This document shows, one piece after another, positions 30,410 through 40,753 of a DNA stretch of 64,000 nt. Under the pieces are notes generated by a model. The model was not told where the DNA came from. It ran no database searches and worked only from the letters and a program-made list of their open reading frames with translations. The stretch comes from Chitinophaga pinensis. Lineage in GTDB: Bacteria > Bacteroidota > Bacteroidia > UKL13-3. The DNA is taken from assembly GCA_945860865.1 (NCBI GenBank), contig CAMARW010000003.1, positions 59,177 to 123,176 of the forward strand. The letters are read 5' to 3'. A program made the position numbers and the translations under genes. Numbering within the stretch: the first letter of the stretch is position 1; each line of letters opens with the position of its first letter.

Positions 30410-31699
30410 TTATAATTTTCTATCTATTTCAGATTCTAAAATGGCCACCAATTGTGGTATTTTAATTTTTTCTGCAATATCATCCGCAAAAGCATTGAGC
30501 AATAATCTTCTGGCTTCTTGCTCGCTAATTCCTCTGCTTCTTAGGTAAAACATGGGCTCTTCATCTAATTGTCCGATGGTAGCACCATGGGTACATTTTA
30601 CATCATCGGCAAAAATTTCTAATTGCGGTTTCGTGTTAATGGTAGCTGTATTGCTTAATAAAATATTCTGATTTCTTTGGTAGGCATTTGTTTTTTGAGC
30701 GTCTTCGTGCACTACAATTTTGCCATTAAATACCGCAACCGCATCATCTTTTAAAATACCTTTGTATTTTTCGTCGCTGAAACAATTGGGTTTAGCATGA
30801 TCAACCCTGCTGTGATTATCTACAAATTGATTGCCATCAGGAATATATAAACCATACAAAAGGCTATTGCAATTTTGGCCATTCATAAAAAAATGAAGGT
30901 TGTTTCTAACCCATTTTCCGTCTAAGGTTAAAGTAACTTGATTAATATTGGTATTGGCCAATTGGTGCAACTGGGTGTAGTTTGCATGGTAAGTTTCTCC
31001 CGCTGCTCTTTGTACTTTGTAATGCTCTAATTGACCATTTTCGCCAACAAAAATTTCGTTTACTACATTGGTAAAAGAAGCGTGCACGCCAACCGCCATA
31101 TAATTTTCTATAACGGTTGCACTTGCGTTCTTTTCTATAATAATTAAATTTCTAGGTTGTTGAAATACACTGTGCTCATTGGCATCAGTAATGTTTGTGA
31201 TCATTAACGGATGTTGCATAGCTGCACCTTCTGGCACAAAAACAAAAGCCCCATCACTCATTAAGGCAGTATTTAAGGCTAACAATCCCTCTTCAGAAAA
31301 ATTAATATATTTTCCAAAATGGGCTTCAAAAGTAGCAGGGTGCTCTTTTCTGGCCTGAGCCAAACTGCTCACAACAATGCGTTCATCTGTTTCTAACCAA
31401 ATAGAAAGTTCTGGGAACAGACAACCATTTACAAAAACCAATTTATTGGCTATGATTTTATTTAAAATGCCAGCTTTAATCAAGGCATCTGCATCTAAAT
31501 TGCTAACACAAGAAGTGGTAAAATTTCCTTGCTGAACCGAACGAAGATTGCTGTATTTCCATTCTTCTAGTTGGGTAGTAGGTACACCCAATTTTTCAAA
31601 GGTAGCGAAGGCATTCTTGCGTAAATCTGAAAAACTATCTTCAGTGGCTTGAGCAGCGTATAAATTAAAATCGTTTTTTATTTGTTCTAAGAAAGTCAT
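30410..31699 (-). CDS. sufD: Fe-S cluster assembly protein SufD
   Basis: 429 aa. SufB/D-family beta-helix; positioned between sufC and sufS. Confidence 0.88.
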   Translation of the reverse strand: MTFLEQIKNDFNLYAAQATEDSFSDLRKNAFATFEKLGVPTTQLEEWKYSNLRSVQQGNFTTSCVSNLDADALIKAGILNKIIANKLVFVNGCLFPELSIWLETDERIVVSSLAQARKEHPATFEAHFGKYINFSEEGLLALNTALMSDGAFVFVPEGAAMQHPLMITNITDANEHSVFQQPRNLIIIEKNASATVIENYMAVGVHASFTNVVNEIFVGENGQLEHYKVQRAAGETYHANYTQLHQLANTNINQVTLTLDGKWVRNNLHFFMNGQNCNSLLYGLYIPDGNQFVDNHSRVDHAKPNCFSDEKYKGILKDDAVAVFNGKIVVHEDAQKTNAYQRNQNILLSNTATINTKPQLEIFADDVKCTHGATIGQLDEEPMFYLRSRGISEQEARRLLLNAFADDIAEKIKIPQLVAILESEIDRKL

Positions 31700-31726
31700 G
31701 TAGGTGTGTGTTAAGAAAAATGTAAT

Positions 31727-32485
31727 TTAAACAGCAGCTTCAACTTCCTGTTTAATCCAATCGTATCCTTTTACCTCTAGTTCTTTGGCTAATGAGGCAT
31801 CACCACTTTTTACAATTCTTCCTTTGTATAATACATGCACAAAATCTGGAACTATATAGTCTAACAATCTTTGGTAATGAGTAATTACTAAGAAAGAGCG
31901 TTCGCTATTTCTTAATTTATTTACGCCAGCAGAAACCAGTCTAAGGGCATCAATATCTAAACCCGAATCGGTTTCATCCATAATACAAAACTTAGGTTCA
32001 AGCATGGCCATTTGAAAAACTTCGTTGCGTTTTTTCTCTCCTCCGCTAAATCCTTCGTTTAGTGAACGAGAAGTTAATGATTTATCCATCTCCATTTCTT
32101 CCATTTTGCTGCGCATAAATTTCAAGAAATCGGTTGCTTCCATTGGCTCCTGCCCATGGTATTTGCGTTTTTCGTTGATTGCTGTTTTTAGGAAGTTGGT
32201 GCTACTTACACCTGGAATTTCTACAGGGTATTGAAAGGCCAAAAACATGCCTTCTCTAGCTCTATCCTCTGGCGAAAGTTCAAGTAAATCTTTACCCATA
32301 AAATTTACTTCTCCTGCAGTTACTGTATAATCTGCTCTGCCTGCCAAAACAGACGAAAGGGTGCTTTTTCCAGCTCCGTTCGGACCCATAATGGCATGTA
32401 CTTCACCCGGTTTAATGTCTAAATTAATACCATTTAAAATGGATTTTCCCTCTATAGATGCGTGTAAATTTTTAATTGAAATCAT
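31727..32485 (-). CDS. sufC: Fe-S cluster assembly ATPase SufC
   Basis: 252 aa. Walker [13 protein letters not shown] signature FSGGEKKR, Walker [12 protein letters not shown]. Confidence 0.93.
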   Translation of the reverse strand: MISIKNLHASIEGKSILNGINLDIKPGEVHAIMGPNGAGKSTLSSVLAGRADYTVTAGEVNFMGKDLLELSPEDRAREGMFLAFQYPVEIPGVSSTNFLKTAINEKRKYHGQEPMEATDFLKFMRSKMEEMEMDKSLTSRSLNEGFSGGEKKRNEVFQMAMLEPKFCIMDETDSGLDIDALRLVSAGVNKLRNSERSFLVITHYQRLLDYIVPDFVHVLYKGRIVKSGDASLAKELEVKGYDWIKQEVEAAV

Positions 32486-32533
32486 GTTTTTATAAAAGTC
32501 TTGGTTTGTGAAAAAATAGGTTCAGACAGAAAA

Positions 32534-33982
32534 TTAGCCTACGCTGCCTTCCAAAGAAACAGCCAGTAATTTTTGGGCTTCAACAGCAAATTCCATTGGT
32601 AATTGGTTCAGTACTTCTTTGCAAAAACCATTTACAATAAGCGAAATGGCTTCTTCTAATCCAATGCCTCTTTGGGCGCAATAGAAAATTTGGTCTTCAC
32701 CAATTTTGCTGGTGCTAGCCTCGTGCTCCAGGGTTGCGGTATTGTTGTTTACCTCTATGTAAGGAAAAGTATGAGCGCCACATTTATCGCCAATAAGCAT
32801 ACTGTCGCACTGGGTGTAATTACGCGCTCCTTCTGCTTTTTTGTTGATTTTCACTAAGCCTCTATACGAGTTATGTGATTTACCTGCAGAGATGCCTTTT
32901 GAAACAATTCTACTTTTGGTGTTTTTGCCAATATGAATCATTTTGGTACCCGTATCGGCAATTTGTGCGTTATTGGTAACGGCTACCGAGAAAAATTCGC
33001 CTGTGCTATTATCACCTTTAAGAATACAACTTGGGTATTTCCAGGTAATGGCTGAACCTGTTTCTACTTGTGTCCAACTAATCTTGGCATTTGTTCCTTC
33101 GCAAATTCCTCTTTTAGTAACAAAATTATAGATACCACCTTTACCATCTTTATCTCCCGGGTACCAATTTTGAACGGTAGAATATTTTATTTCGGCATTG
33201 TTATGGGCTACCAATTCAACTACGGCGGCATGCAATTGGTGCTCATCTCTCATAGGAGCCGTGCAGCCTTCGAGGTAACTTACATAGCTATCATCATCTG
33301 CAATAATTAAGGTACGCTCAAACTGACCTGTATTTTCTGCATTTATCCTAAAGTAAGTAGATAATTCCATTGGGCAGCGAACGCCTTTTGGTATGTATAC
33401 AAATGAGCCATCAGAGAAAACAGCGCTGTTGAGAGCGGCGAAGTAATTATCTGTTGGTGGAACCACAGAACCAATGTATTTTTTTACTAACTCTGGATGC
33501 TCGTGCATGGCTTCAGATATTGAGCAAAAAATTACCCCTTTTTCTTTTAGCTGCTCTTTAAATGTAGTGGCAATGGAAACCGAATCAAAAACGGCATCTA
33601 CCGCAACACCCGTTAAACGCTTTTGTTCTTGCAAAGAAATGCCCAATTTCTCAAAAGTTTTGAGCAATTCGGGGTCAACTTGATCCAAACTATCCAGCTG
33701 AATTTTTTGTTTGGGGGCAGCGTAGAATATAATTTCTTGGTAATTAATCTTAGGATAAGGAAAATTTTGCCAGTTTGGCTCTTCCATAGTTAACCAGTTT
33801 TTATAGGCTTTTAAGCGCCAGGCCAACATCCATTCGGGTTCGTTTTTTTTGGCTGAGATAAAGCGAACAGTGTCTTCGCTTAAACCCATAGGGGCAGTTT
33901 CCATTTCAATATCGGTGGTAAAGCCGTATTTATATTCTTGTGTAACTACTTGATCTATAATGCCAACTTCGGGTTGCGACAT
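32534..33982 (-). CDS. sufB: Fe-S cluster assembly scaffold SufB
   Basis: 482 aa. Highly conserved SufB core ([11 protein letters not shown]...[14 protein letters not shown]). Confidence 0.93.
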   Translation of the reverse strand: MSQPEVGIIDQVVTQEYKYGFTTDIEMETAPMGLSEDTVRFISAKKNEPEWMLAWRLKAYKNWLTMEEPNWQNFPYPKINYQEIIFYAAPKQKIQLDSLDQVDPELLKTFEKLGISLQEQKRLTGVAVDAVFDSVSIATTFKEQLKEKGVIFCSISEAMHEHPELVKKYIGSVVPPTDNYFAALNSAVFSDGSFVYIPKGVRCPMELSTYFRINAENTGQFERTLIIADDDSYVSYLEGCTAPMRDEHQLHAAVVELVAHNNAEIKYSTVQNWYPGDKDGKGGIYNFVTKRGICEGTNAKISWTQVETGSAITWKYPSCILKGDNSTGEFFSVAVTNNAQIADTGTKMIHIGKNTKSRIVSKGISAGKSHNSYRGLVKINKKAEGARNYTQCDSMLIGDKCGAHTFPYIEVNNNTATLEHEASTSKIGEDQIFYCAQRGIGLEEAISLIVNGFCKEVLNQLPMEFAVEAQKLLAVSLEGSVG

Positions 33983-34022
33983 ATGTTTTTATTCTTAATT
34001 AAGTGAGCAAATTTAAGGTTTT

Positions 34023-34049
34023 TTTAGATTTATCTATACTAAATCTAAA
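34023..34049. promoter_or_regulatory. perfect 10-bp inverted repeat (TTTAGATTTA-N7-TAAATCTAAA) in the suf promoter region; candidate operator
   Basis: Arms at 34023-34032 and 34040-34049 are exact reverse complements. The centre lies about 54 nt upstream of the sufB start codon (33982, minus strand) and downstream of the neighbouring gene's terminator. Confidence 0.35.
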
Positions 34050-34160
34050 TAATATACAAAGCAGTTGAAACTTTGTTTCATTCCTAAATACATTTGCTAC
34101 TACTTAGCTAAGCACCAGTATTTATGCTATTTTTTGATTTCTCTTCTCGTTTTTTAAAAA

Positions 34161-34210
34161 CAAAAAAAAGTCTGAATTACAGATTTTGATATTTCTGTAA
34201 TTCAGACTTC
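34161..34210 (-). terminator. rho-independent terminator of the 1152-aa T9SS protein gene
   Basis: On the minus strand: stem AGTCTGAATTACAG, 14-nt loop, stem CTGTAATTCAGACT, immediately followed by an 8-U tract. It lies 24 nt downstream of the stop at 34234. Confidence 0.75.
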
Positions 34211-34233
34211 TAAAAATCTAAAGTTAAATACTT

Positions 34234-37200
34234 TTAGTTTTTAACTTTTACGAGTTTATGCACTTCAGAAATGCCATTGGTAGTAATCTTCAAGAAATAG
34301 ATTCCTTCTGCTAATGTTTCTGCCTCTGCTAGGTTTATTTTTTGCATACCAGCTTCGGTATTTAATGTTTTGGTAAACATTATTTCGCCTTTCAAATTAG
34401 AAACTTGTACTTCCATGTTTAATTCGGTAGCTGCTGCAAAATTTATTTCTAGGTTATTCTTAAATGGATTAGGCATTACACTTTGAACGGTGATTGCTTT
34501 TTGCTCATCCAAATGGATAATTATAACAGGCGAATACTCATTGTTTCCGTCCAAATCTACTTGGTTCAGTCTGTAATAAAGTGCTTTTGCACCCAATTGA
34601 AGTGCATCCTTGTCTAAGTAATTGTAAAAATTACTTTTTACACTGTTTCCTGCTGCTTCTATTTTGCCTATACCACTAAAGTTTTTACCATCTACACTGC
34701 GCTCTAATTCAAAATATGCCGAATTAATTTCGCTTGCAGTTGCCCAATTTAATGCTACGCTGTTATCTTGTTTAACGCCTTTAAAGTAAGCATAAATTAC
34801 TGGTAATGGATTATTGGTTCCGGTGCTAGCTAGGCCATATTGCTTCACAAATGTGCCAGTGCTAGGTAACCAAAAGCGTAAGGTTTGACCCAAAATATTT
34901 ACAGAATCGGCAGGGTTTCTGGCTAAGTTCCATAAGCCAGATGCGCCATTATCTCTGTTGGCTAAATAGAAATCTGAATTACTTGCACCAGTTCCAATAT
35001 TGCCTGCTGGCAATTGGAAAGTGGCTAAACAACTATCGTATGTAGCATTTCCATAGCTGTATAAAATCCAATAGCGGTTATGCCCAGTTTTTGGTGAGCT
35101 TGTAATAACAGTGTCTGGTAAAAATCCTAGTGGCGTTTCTCTTATATAATGTGCTACCACATTAATGCTACCCGATAAATTTTGGAAATTCATATTGATA
35201 TTTTTACCTGCAAAACTTTGCACACCGCTGCTGGTAAATGTTACTTGCGTTCCATTCACAGTATCTAATGGCAATGAACTAATAAACCAAGCCACTGCTG
35301 GGTCAAAATTATTCATTTGGCCGCCATTACAATTACCCGATGCATCTGATAAAGGCACCGAGTTTGCACCTTCATCAAACCTAAGGTAACAAGTGATATT
35401 TGGGTTGCTTAAAGCTGGTAATTTTCTATGTAACCCTAAACGAATAGCGCTCTCTGTTCTGGCAATGTTCCAAAATACAAAATTTTCTATGCCTGCACTT
35501 AGGCTATTGCTAACACCTGCTTTTCTTCCTAAATAAGTTGGCCCCATCTTGGCATTTACACTTCCAGTAAGGGTGGTATCTATGCCCAATTCGCCATTTA
35601 CATATAGTTTTAGGTTGGTTCCATCATATGTTAGTGCCACATGAGACCATGAGTTTAGAATAGTATTAACTGAGCTACTTAAATTTAAAAATGCATTATT
35701 AGTTTTAATTGAAACCACTGGAGTTAAACCACTTAATGTTATAGTTAAAGAAGTGTCAGAATTTAATGAGTCTTTAGAATAGATAGTACCAACAGAAATT
35801 AGATTACTAGGCCTAACCCAAGTTTCTATAGTAAAATTATTGTTTGGTTGGGTATTGGCGCTGTGTGGTATAGAAATAAAATCATCAATCCCATCTAATT
35901 GTAATCTAAAACCGGCAGAGGTGCCTGGAGTTAAATTTTGCACAATGATAGATTTGGTGGCTGTATCATTGTTTTTATCACCATCACCACTCAATTCAGA
36001 CCAAATTTTAACAGTATAATTACCCGGTAAAGTAGGGGTAAAAGAATTTGTGAAAACCACATTTTCTGAAGTGCCTGGCAAAATAAATGACAATACAGAG
36101 CTATCATTATAAACCACTGCGTTGGCATCATTAAATATACGTGCTCTTACTTTAGTTGTAAATTGGGTATTAGAACCATAATTATAAAAGGTAGCAGCTG
36201 GAATTATACTTCCTTGGCCGATAGGAAATGAATTACATGGCGCACTAATTTCTGTAGCGCCCAAATCATTAGCCATTTGCAACCTTGGTTCAATCATAAA
36301 TCTAAAGTTAGAGTTAGTAGCTAAGAAGTCTGTCCAAACCGTACCTCCAGAAGGAGCTGTATAATAGAATGTTTGAGCTCTAATAGGCACCTCAGATTGA
36401 AATGAGAATGCAGCATTTACAGTACCAGTTTGTATTACGCCCACAAAGAAGGTTCCCGAAATTGGAATTGGAGGATTTACCGGAATGGTATTTAAACCCG
36501 CAAGGGTAAGAAAGTTGGTAGATGACCATAACAAAGCGCCTGGAGTTCCGGTGGCTGTTGTATCCCAAATACCTACTTTTAAACTGGTACCTCCTGTATT
36601 AAAGTTAACACCTATTTGATTAATACTATTAGAGCCCGTGTAAGGGAATTTGGCCACAAAATCTCCAGTTCCACCTGTAAAACCAACACCCCCGTTTGGT
36701 CCACGCAATGGATCGGCATAATTATAAGTATTAAGGTTTACAGCTTGGCCATAACGTTTTAAGTTGTTGCTATTGTTATTATCTGCAGTACAAAAAACTT
36801 TTACTGTATCAAAACCAATGGCGGTTGGGGTATAGGCAGGAAAATTAATGGTTCTACCTTGGTTGGGTAAAATGGTATCCAATTTAAGTGAATCTATTAA
36901 AGGATTTGTAGGCCCAACAGTTAAATAAAACCACTTATCATATAAAGTATCGGTTCCGCCATTTCTAACATTTGCTCTAACGGTATGCGGCGCCGCAAAA
37001 GGAATAGGCAATTTACCTAATGAATAAACTTCCAAAACCTGTGCATCAACTTGAGGTGTTTTAACCCCAATTACCAACTGCGCCCTGAAGCTACTTATGC
37101 CTGTTAAAGTGCCTAAGGTAGCTAAACTAGCACCTTGTATATTTCTTTGTCCACTTACAATAGCTGTATTACAATTGTAAACAATTGGATTCGTGCTTGG

Positions 37201-37692
37201 CGTTGAAGTAGTCCACTCATAAGCAACATATACGCCGCCACCAGTGTATACAAATGGTTTGCTTAAAGGTACAAAGAAGTTGGTAATTACATTGGGGATA
37301 GACATGGGGCCATTGTAATTGGTGTCCATGGCAGTTGGTGTAGTTAATAAAGTACCCCAAGTTGTACTACGAAGATATGCTGCATCTGCCGTGTTAACCA
37401 TATAAATTTTAATGGATCCAGCGATAGGCGCAGCATTGGCATTGGGATTATTAACTGAAAATCCCAACCTAAAGATACTGTCGCCAGCATTTAATAAGCC
37501 ACTAAATTCTGCAGCCGAATAAATGGCACAGCTTCGGTGTGCATTTACAGTATTTAATGGTCCACGACCAGCACCGGATGTGCCATTGGCAGCCACGGGA
37601 ACGGTTAAATAAGTAAAGCTTTGAGACTGCACCCAAGGAGATAGTAAGAGCAGTAACAGTGAGTAATAAAAACGTAAGTAAAGTTTTTTCAT
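34234..37692 (-). CDS. large secreted protein with LamG/concanavalin-like domain and T9SS C-terminal sorting domain (candidate surface adhesin/lectin)
   Basis: 1152 aa. Signal peptide (MKKLYLRFYYSLLLLLLSPWVQSQ). Asn/Thr/Gly-rich beta-rich body. LamG-like segment (NNFTIETWVRPSN...SWSHVALTYDGTNLKLYVNGE). C-terminal T9SS sorting domain (...EGIYFLKITTNGISEVHKLVKVKN). Confidence 0.8.
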   Translation of the reverse strand: MKKLYLRFYYSLLLLLLSPWVQSQSFTYLTVPVAANGTSGAGRGPLNTVNAHRSCAIYSAAEFSGLLNAGDSIFRLGFSVNNPNANAAPIAGSIKIYMVNTADAAYLRSTTWGTLLTTPTAMDTNYNGPMSIPNVITNFFVPLSKPFVYTGGGVYVAYEWTTSTPSTNPIVYNCNTAIVSGQRNIQGASLATLGTLTGISSFRAQLVIGVKTPQVDAQVLEVYSLGKLPIPFAAPHTVRANVRNGGTDTLYDKWFYLTVGPTNPLIDSLKLDTILPNQGRTINFPAYTPTAIGFDTVKVFCTADNNNSNNLKRYGQAVNLNTYNYADPLRGPNGGVGFTGGTGDFVAKFPYTGSNSINQIGVNFNTGGTSLKVGIWDTTATGTPGALLWSSTNFLTLAGLNTIPVNPPIPISGTFFVGVIQTGTVNAAFSFQSEVPIRAQTFYYTAPSGGTVWTDFLATNSNFRFMIEPRLQMANDLGATEISAPCNSFPIGQGSIIPAATFYNYGSNTQFTTKVRARIFNDANAVVYNDSSVLSFILPGTSENVVFTNSFTPTLPGNYTVKIWSELSGDGDKNNDTATKSIIVQNLTPGTSAGFRLQLDGIDDFISIPHSANTQPNNNFTIETWVRPSNLISVGTIYSKDSLNSDTSLTITLSGLTPVVSIKTNNAFLNLSSSVNTILNSWSHVALTYDGTNLKLYVNGELGIDTTLTGSVNAKMGPTYLGRKAGVSNSLSAGIENFVFWNIARTESAIRLGLHRKLPALSNPNITCYLRFDEGANSVPLSDASGNCNGGQMNNFDPAVAWFISSLPLDTVNGTQVTFTSSGVQSFAGKNINMNFQNLSGSINVVAHYIRETPLGFLPDTVITSSPKTGHNRYWILYSYGNATYDSCLATFQLPAGNIGTGASNSDFYLANRDNGASGLWNLARNPADSVNILGQTLRFWLPSTGTFVKQYGLASTGTNNPLPVIYAYFKGVKQDNSVALNWATASEINSAYFELERSVDGKNFSGIGKIEAAGNSVKSNFYNYLDKDALQLGAKALYYRLNQVDLDGNNEYSPVIIIHLDEQKAITVQSVMPNPFKNNLEINFAAATELNMEVQVSNLKGEIMFTKTLNTEAGMQKINLAEAETLAEGIYFLKITTNGISEVHKLVKVKN

Positions 37693-37833
37693 ATTTTTTA
37701 ATTTGTTAGTACTAAATTATTTATAATTAATATCAAAAGCAAATTTGTTTTAATTTTTTTTATGATAATAGGTAAAATAGGCTTCTAGGTATGGCAAAAT
37801 TTATTGGTTACTTTTGCCTAATAAAACGATTTT

Positions 37834-38613
37834 ATGCATTTACATTATAAAGAATATGGAAGTGGTAAGCCGCTCATTATTTTACATGGATTTATGGGCT
37901 CCTTGGATAATTGGCATACTTTGGCTACTCAATTTGGAAAAGATTACAAAGTATTTGCATTAGACCAACGCAACCATGGCAAATCTGCACATTCAGAAAA
38001 TCATACCATTGCCTTAATGGTGGCAGATGTAAAACTTTTTATGGAAACCCACCAACTTAATCAAGCTTGCATATTAGGGCATTCTATGGGTGGAAAAGTG
38101 GCTATGCAATTTGCGCTAGATTACCCCCAATTAGTAGATAAATTGATTGTGGTAGACATTGCTCCAAAGCAATATAAACGCGGACATGATGATGTTTTTA
38201 AGGCCATTTTTGCTGTAGAATTAGCGCAAATTGAAAGCAGGAAACAAGCAGAATTATTAATGGAAACCCATGTGCCCGATTTTGGGACCAGGCAATTTTT
38301 ATTAAAGAACTTAGATAGGAGAGAAGATGGTTCTTATGCCTGGAAAATGAATCTTCCAATTCTGCATGCCGATTACGAAGAAATTATCAAAGCAATTATT
38401 AGTAAGGGTAACTTTCCTCATCCCACCTTAGTTATAAAAGGTGGTAATAGCAGGTATATCTTGGATGATGATTTGTTAGATTTTAATCAGTTCTTTCCAG
38501 ATAATACCTTGGTAACCATTCCTAATGCCGGACATTGGGTGCATGCAGAAGCACCTCAATTATTTTACGAAACAGTTATTCATTTTTTGAACCAATCTAA
38601 GGAACAAAGTTAA
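37834..38613 (+). CDS. alpha/beta-fold hydrolase
   Basis: 259 aa. HG oxyanion motif (LHGFMGS) and nucleophile elbow GHSMGG; catalytic His near the C-terminus (GHWVHAE). Confidence 0.85.
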   Translation: MHLHYKEYGSGKPLIILHGFMGSLDNWHTLATQFGKDYKVFALDQRNHGKSAHSENHTIALMVADVKLFMETHQLNQACILGHSMGGKVAMQFALDYPQLVDKLIVVDIAPKQYKRGHDDVFKAIFAVELAQIESRKQAELLMETHVPDFGTRQFLLKNLDRREDGSYAWKMNLPILHADYEEIIKAIISKGNFPHPTLVIKGGNSRYILDDDLLDFNQFFPDNTLVTIPNAGHWVHAEAPQLFYETVIHFLNQSKEQS

Positions 38614-39244
38614 ATTCTGTTTTCAGTTCGGCTAAGGTTTTTTCTAATACTTTTACTTGCATTTTTATATCCTCAAGCGGACGGTCTTTGCCATCTTTAC
38701 TTTGTGTAGAAATGGTATAAGCAATCTCTACACCCGATAATAATTTTCCAAAAACAGTATAGTTATTATCTAAATGTGGTGTGCCGTTTCTATTGGTAAC
38801 AATATAAAATTGCGAACCACTAGAAGCCTTTTCAGGGTTGTTGGTTCGGGCCGCGCCAATAGAGCCATAGGTATGTTTAATGTTGCTTTTTATTTCTGCA
38901 GGAATGGTATATCCTGGGCCACCTGTGCCATCATTGGTTGGGTCTGCATCCTTGCTGTTTGGATCACCCCCTTGGATCATAAAATCTTTAATAATTCTAT
39001 GAAAAGTTACATCGTTGTAGAACCCTTCTGCTGCTAATTTTAAAAAGTTGCTTCTATGTAAAGGCGTTTCTTTGTATAACCACATATACATGGTGCCAAA
39101 GCTAGTTTTTAGTTCAATTATTTTTTCGGTTTGAACCGAATCTTTTGGCATAGGGATTTCTGCTGTGGGTTTAACCTCTTCTTTTTTACACGCAAATGCA
39201 AATAGAATTAACCCGAAAAATAGAAAGCTTAATTTTTTCATCAT
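38597..39244 (-). CDS. cyclophilin-type peptidyl-prolyl cis-trans isomerase, lipoprotein
   Basis: 215 aa. Signal peptide plus Cys (FAFACKK). FHRIIKDFMIQGGDP cyclophilin signature. The 3' end overlaps the hydrolase gene by 17 nt (convergent). Confidence 0.88.
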   Translation of the reverse strand: MMKKLSFLFFGLILFAFACKKEEVKPTAEIPMPKDSVQTEKIIELKTSFGTMYMWLYKETPLHRSNFLKLAAEGFYNDVTFHRIIKDFMIQGGDPNSKDADPTNDGTGGPGYTIPAEIKSNIKHTYGSIGAARTNNPEKASSGSQFYIVTNRNGTPHLDNNYTVFGKLLSGVEIAYTISTQSKDGKDRPLEDIKMQVKVLEKTLAELKTEFNFVP

Positions 39245-39302
39245 ACACTTGTTTGTACGAATATATTTTTTCTAATGGTAAATGCAATCAATGAATTTTA
39301 AA

Positions 39303-40643
39303 TTATAAACTTATATATCCTTTTAAATTTAAGAAAAATATTGAAACTGTTATAAATGCATACAATAAATATTCTCCTAAAGAAGTATATTTTCTAATAT
39401 CAACTCCTTCCATTTTGCAGTAAATTACTAAAAGAATTTTTTCTACCATAAAAGAAATTACGGTGGCGTAGGCAATGCCCTCAATTCCCCAAATACCAAT
39501 AAACCAAAACGATAAAATAATATTTAAAATAAGGTAATTGGTGCTTACTAAATAAAATATTCTATTCTTCATTAAACCCATAATTACGGTTTGTGGGAAT
39601 AGCATTCTACTAACAATTAAAAGCAAGTAAATATTGAAAATTTTATAACCACCCAGTAAATCTTGGTTATAGGCTAAGGCAAAAAAATGTTTGCTAAACA
39701 AAATGAGTAAGATACTGATAGGAAAAAGCCACCGCATTAAGAGGGTAGAGCTAGCTTTAAGCCTGGCTAAACCATCTTCTAACATTCCGGCCTTATTAAA
39801 ATTAGCAATTTCGCCACTATAAATATTGCTTAATGAGTTGGCAAAAATTAAAAAGATGGGTAATTCTTTGGAACCATATCTAAAAATAGTAAATTGAACA
39901 GGGTCAAAATAATATTCTACAATATAACTATTGATATAATCCATACTTCCAGCTAAAAAAATAGAAAACATAAAAGGCAAAACCTTTTTCATGAACTCCA
40001 AAATGAGCTTTGTATGAAATGAAATAAGCGAATATTTCATCAATAAAATAATGGTATAATTAAATTTAATTAAACTTAAAATAACCAATAAATTAATGGC
40101 TAAATTAAGTGTTTGTTTCATGTATATTGGTAAACACAATAAAATAACATGCGCCACAAAGGTTACACAGCCCCATATAATTAAGGAGCGATATTTTTCT
40201 TTCAAAAAGAAAATATAATCGGCCATGTAGGTTGGCGTATTTAAGAAAATAACTAGTCCAAACATTAAAAACAAATCGGCATCTTTGGGGTATTTATATT
40301 GCCCAATTACGAATGCCAAAATGCCTGCTACCAAGCTAAAAATAGTTAAAACAGCAAAGGCATTAAATAAAACGCGTTTTTGTTTATCTGGCTCACTAGC
40401 ATGGTAAAAGGGAATTAAAGTATTGGTAATGCTCGAAACCCAAAACCATGTTAAACTAGAACTGAGTAACATAAGCATCTCGTATCTACCTAATATAAGG
40501 GTTCCAAATCCAGAGGTAAATTGGGCATAAGTTATTTTAGCCAGTAATATGGAAATAAGAAAGAATGTGCCAAACCTCAGAAATTGAAATATCTGTAAGC
40601 TGTTGTATTTGTTTAGTTCAATCTTTTTGAGTGATAAATTCAA
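39303..40643 (-). CDS. polysaccharide biosynthesis / oligosaccharide flippase (Wzx/MOP superfamily) membrane protein
   Basis: 446 aa with about 12-14 transmembrane helices; an architecture typical of Wzx/MATE-like flippases. Confidence 0.65.
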   Translation of the reverse strand: MNLSLKKIELNKYNSLQIFQFLRFGTFFLISILLAKITYAQFTSGFGTLILGRYEMLMLLSSSLTWFWVSSITNTLIPFYHASEPDKQKRVLFNAFAVLTIFSLVAGILAFVIGQYKYPKDADLFLMFGLVIFLNTPTYMADYIFFLKEKYRSLIIWGCVTFVAHVILLCLPIYMKQTLNLAINLLVILSLIKFNYTIILLMKYSLISFHTKLILEFMKKVLPFMFSIFLAGSMDYINSYIVEYYFDPVQFTIFRYGSKELPIFLIFANSLSNIYSGEIANFNKAGMLEDGLARLKASSTLLMRWLFPISILLILFSKHFFALAYNQDLLGGYKIFNIYLLLIVSRMLFPQTVIMGLMKNRIFYLVSTNYLILNIILSFWFIGIWGIEGIAYATVISFMVEKILLVIYCKMEGVDIRKYTSLGEYLLYAFITVSIFFLNLKGYISL

Positions 40644-40753
40644 TGGTTTGGCTCAATTTGCTTCAAATATGCATTATTCTATTTAATTATTTGTTTATAA
40701 TCCTCTTTTGTAAAAACTTTTTAGTTCAACTTTTTCTCGTTAGTTTTGAAGCC

